Positions 54,345 through 55,784 of a stretch of DNA of 55,784 nt are shown here, piece after piece. The notes beneath the pieces were generated by a model, which ran no database searches, was not told where the DNA came from, and worked only from the letters and a program-made list of their open reading frames with translations. Source of the DNA: Octopus sinensis (Eukaryota); contig NW_021833828.1 in the NCBI RefSeq assembly GCF_006345805.1, positions 1 to 55,784 of the forward strand. Reading direction: 5' to 3'. Position 1 is the first letter of the stretch. Every line of letters begins with the position of its first letter. A program made the position numbers and the translations under genes.

Positions 54345-54545
54345 GGAGGAGGATCTCGATTACATTGCAAAGACCCCTGTTGGGTAGTCAGCTAAATCGA
54401 CGAGAGAATGTGACTGGTCCTTTATTTTATTGGCCCCAGAAAAGATAAATCATCCCCATGGTATTTCTATTGAGAAGCTTCAGAAACGTAAATGTTACGT
54501 AAAGTCATTTTGTCTGATGCTCTACCAATTCTGTCCGCGCAGCAC
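54345..54545 (-). mobile_element. Degenerate family-A SINE
   Basis: TCGATTACAT...GACTGGTCCTTTATTTTAT...CAATTCTG homology. Confidence 0.5.
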
Positions 54546-54908
54546 ACAACAAAATTCTCTAATATCGATAGCGTTGTTGATTAGTTGTTTTAATTAATTT
54601 TGCAACAAATATAATTAGATGCAGACAATGTAAGTGAGGGGGGGGGGCAAGTTGGAGACTAGAAAACTTAAATTAATATTGAATATATCGGAACGACATG
54701 AGAAAAGTTGGAATAGTATCAGACGTGGTTTTATGGTATCGCTATCAGCATATGTATATTTTATATCTCTTTTACTTGTTTTAGTCATTTGACTGTGGCC
54801 ATGCTGGGGCACCACCTTTAGGTGTGTTTGTATGTATTTATATGTGTACACACACACACATACACACAACACACACATACACACACACAAATATATATAT
54901 ATATATAT

Positions 54909-55446
54909 GGTGGCTGCCCCCTCGTTATCGAGTATGGCCATTGCACGAAGCTTAATCAATGTTGTTATCGTGCAATGTCTGTGCAAGAAGATTTTTTTTA
55001 AGTGAGGAAAGGCTGTGCACTGAGTCAATCCCACAAACTAAGCAACTGCAGCCATAATCTGAAAAGAAGAACAAGTCAACATCATCGGTAACCACTGAGC
55101 CACAGGTTTTATGTCGGAGTTATCCCAATTACCTGAGTTACCTTCTCCTAGAAGGATGCCCTAACAAAGGCTAGGAGTCCTTCACTCCTAATGGTTTAAC
55201 TGCTCGATCGGGTATTCAGTCCGATTATTTCTGTCCCCGTGCATGATACATCCTTAAGACATTTATTGGATGACCGTTGACTCTCAAGAGTTCCTCCGCC
55301 CTTTGATGGGTTTTGTTTTTCATCCCGCAGGGTGTCCAATAAACGCCCTCCTCACCAAGCAAGGTTGGTGGGGTAGCCGGTTTAGTCGCCGACGACTTGA
55401 CCATGCAACAGGTTGTACTGGGTGACATGTCACTCGAAAGTGACCT

Positions 55447-55450
<4 letters not shown>
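54909..55450 (-). mobile_element. RTE-derived bipartite non-autonomous element, copy 2
   Basis: Colinear with 14091-14750 but lacks ~100 bp (copy 1 ~14137-14235); (TA)n on both sides. Confidence 0.65.
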
Positions 55451-55498
<48 letters not shown>

Positions 55499-55539
55499 CT
55501 ATACATACATACATATATAAGAGAGATAGAGAGAGAGAA

Positions 55540-55784
55540 GATGTGGGGATGGGTATGTGGGCGGTGTGCTGTGGGTGGGTGGTTGTTGTGATGTTGTGGG
55601 GAGGTGGGAGGTGAGAGTGGGGTGTGGATTCGGCTGGGGTTGGGGTAAAGTGGGGGTTGTGGGTAGGTAGAGGGTGGGTTTAGAGGTGAGGTATATGGGG
55701 AAGGGGATTGGGTAGAGTGGGGGAAGGGGGTAGGAATGATAGGGAAGGTGGAGTAGGGGTGGGTGAGTTTATATGGGGGAGGGG
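55540..55784 (+). repeat. G-rich low-complexity tract with G-quadruplex potential
   Basis: Many G3-G5 runs with short spacers, e.g. GGGGTTGGGGTAAAGTGGGGGTTGTGGG. Confidence 0.6.

Overview
AT-rich, microsatellite-dense animal non-coding DNA, most likely from an octopus or other coleoid cephalopod (inferred from the tRNA-SINE families and the (TA)n/(CA)n/(AAT)n load). I found no host protein-coding exon; nearly all listed ORFs are microsatellite read-through. The only real coding sequences are retroelement pseudogenes. Three R4/Dong-like non-LTR fragments (RT and/or restriction-like endonuclease) from different families all end in (AAT)n. One Neptune-type Penelope-like element (RT, Cys linker, GIY-YIG) lies between (TA)n tracts. 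The window also holds more than 20 tRNA-derived SINE copies, a probable non-autonomous Helitron, a fold-back MITE and two copies of an RTE-derived bipartite element. The most interesting layer is self-cleaving-RNA-like structure. There are at least six dispersed minimal type I hammerhead-like motifs, two with the compensatory U3-A8 core. A tandemly duplicated ~1.3-kb ORF-less element has two diverged outward-facing arms with hammerhead core words around a 30-bp hairpin. An HDV-like fold can be rebuilt at the 5' end of the RTE-derived element. All folds were read by eye; most individual copies carry substitutions and activity is untested.
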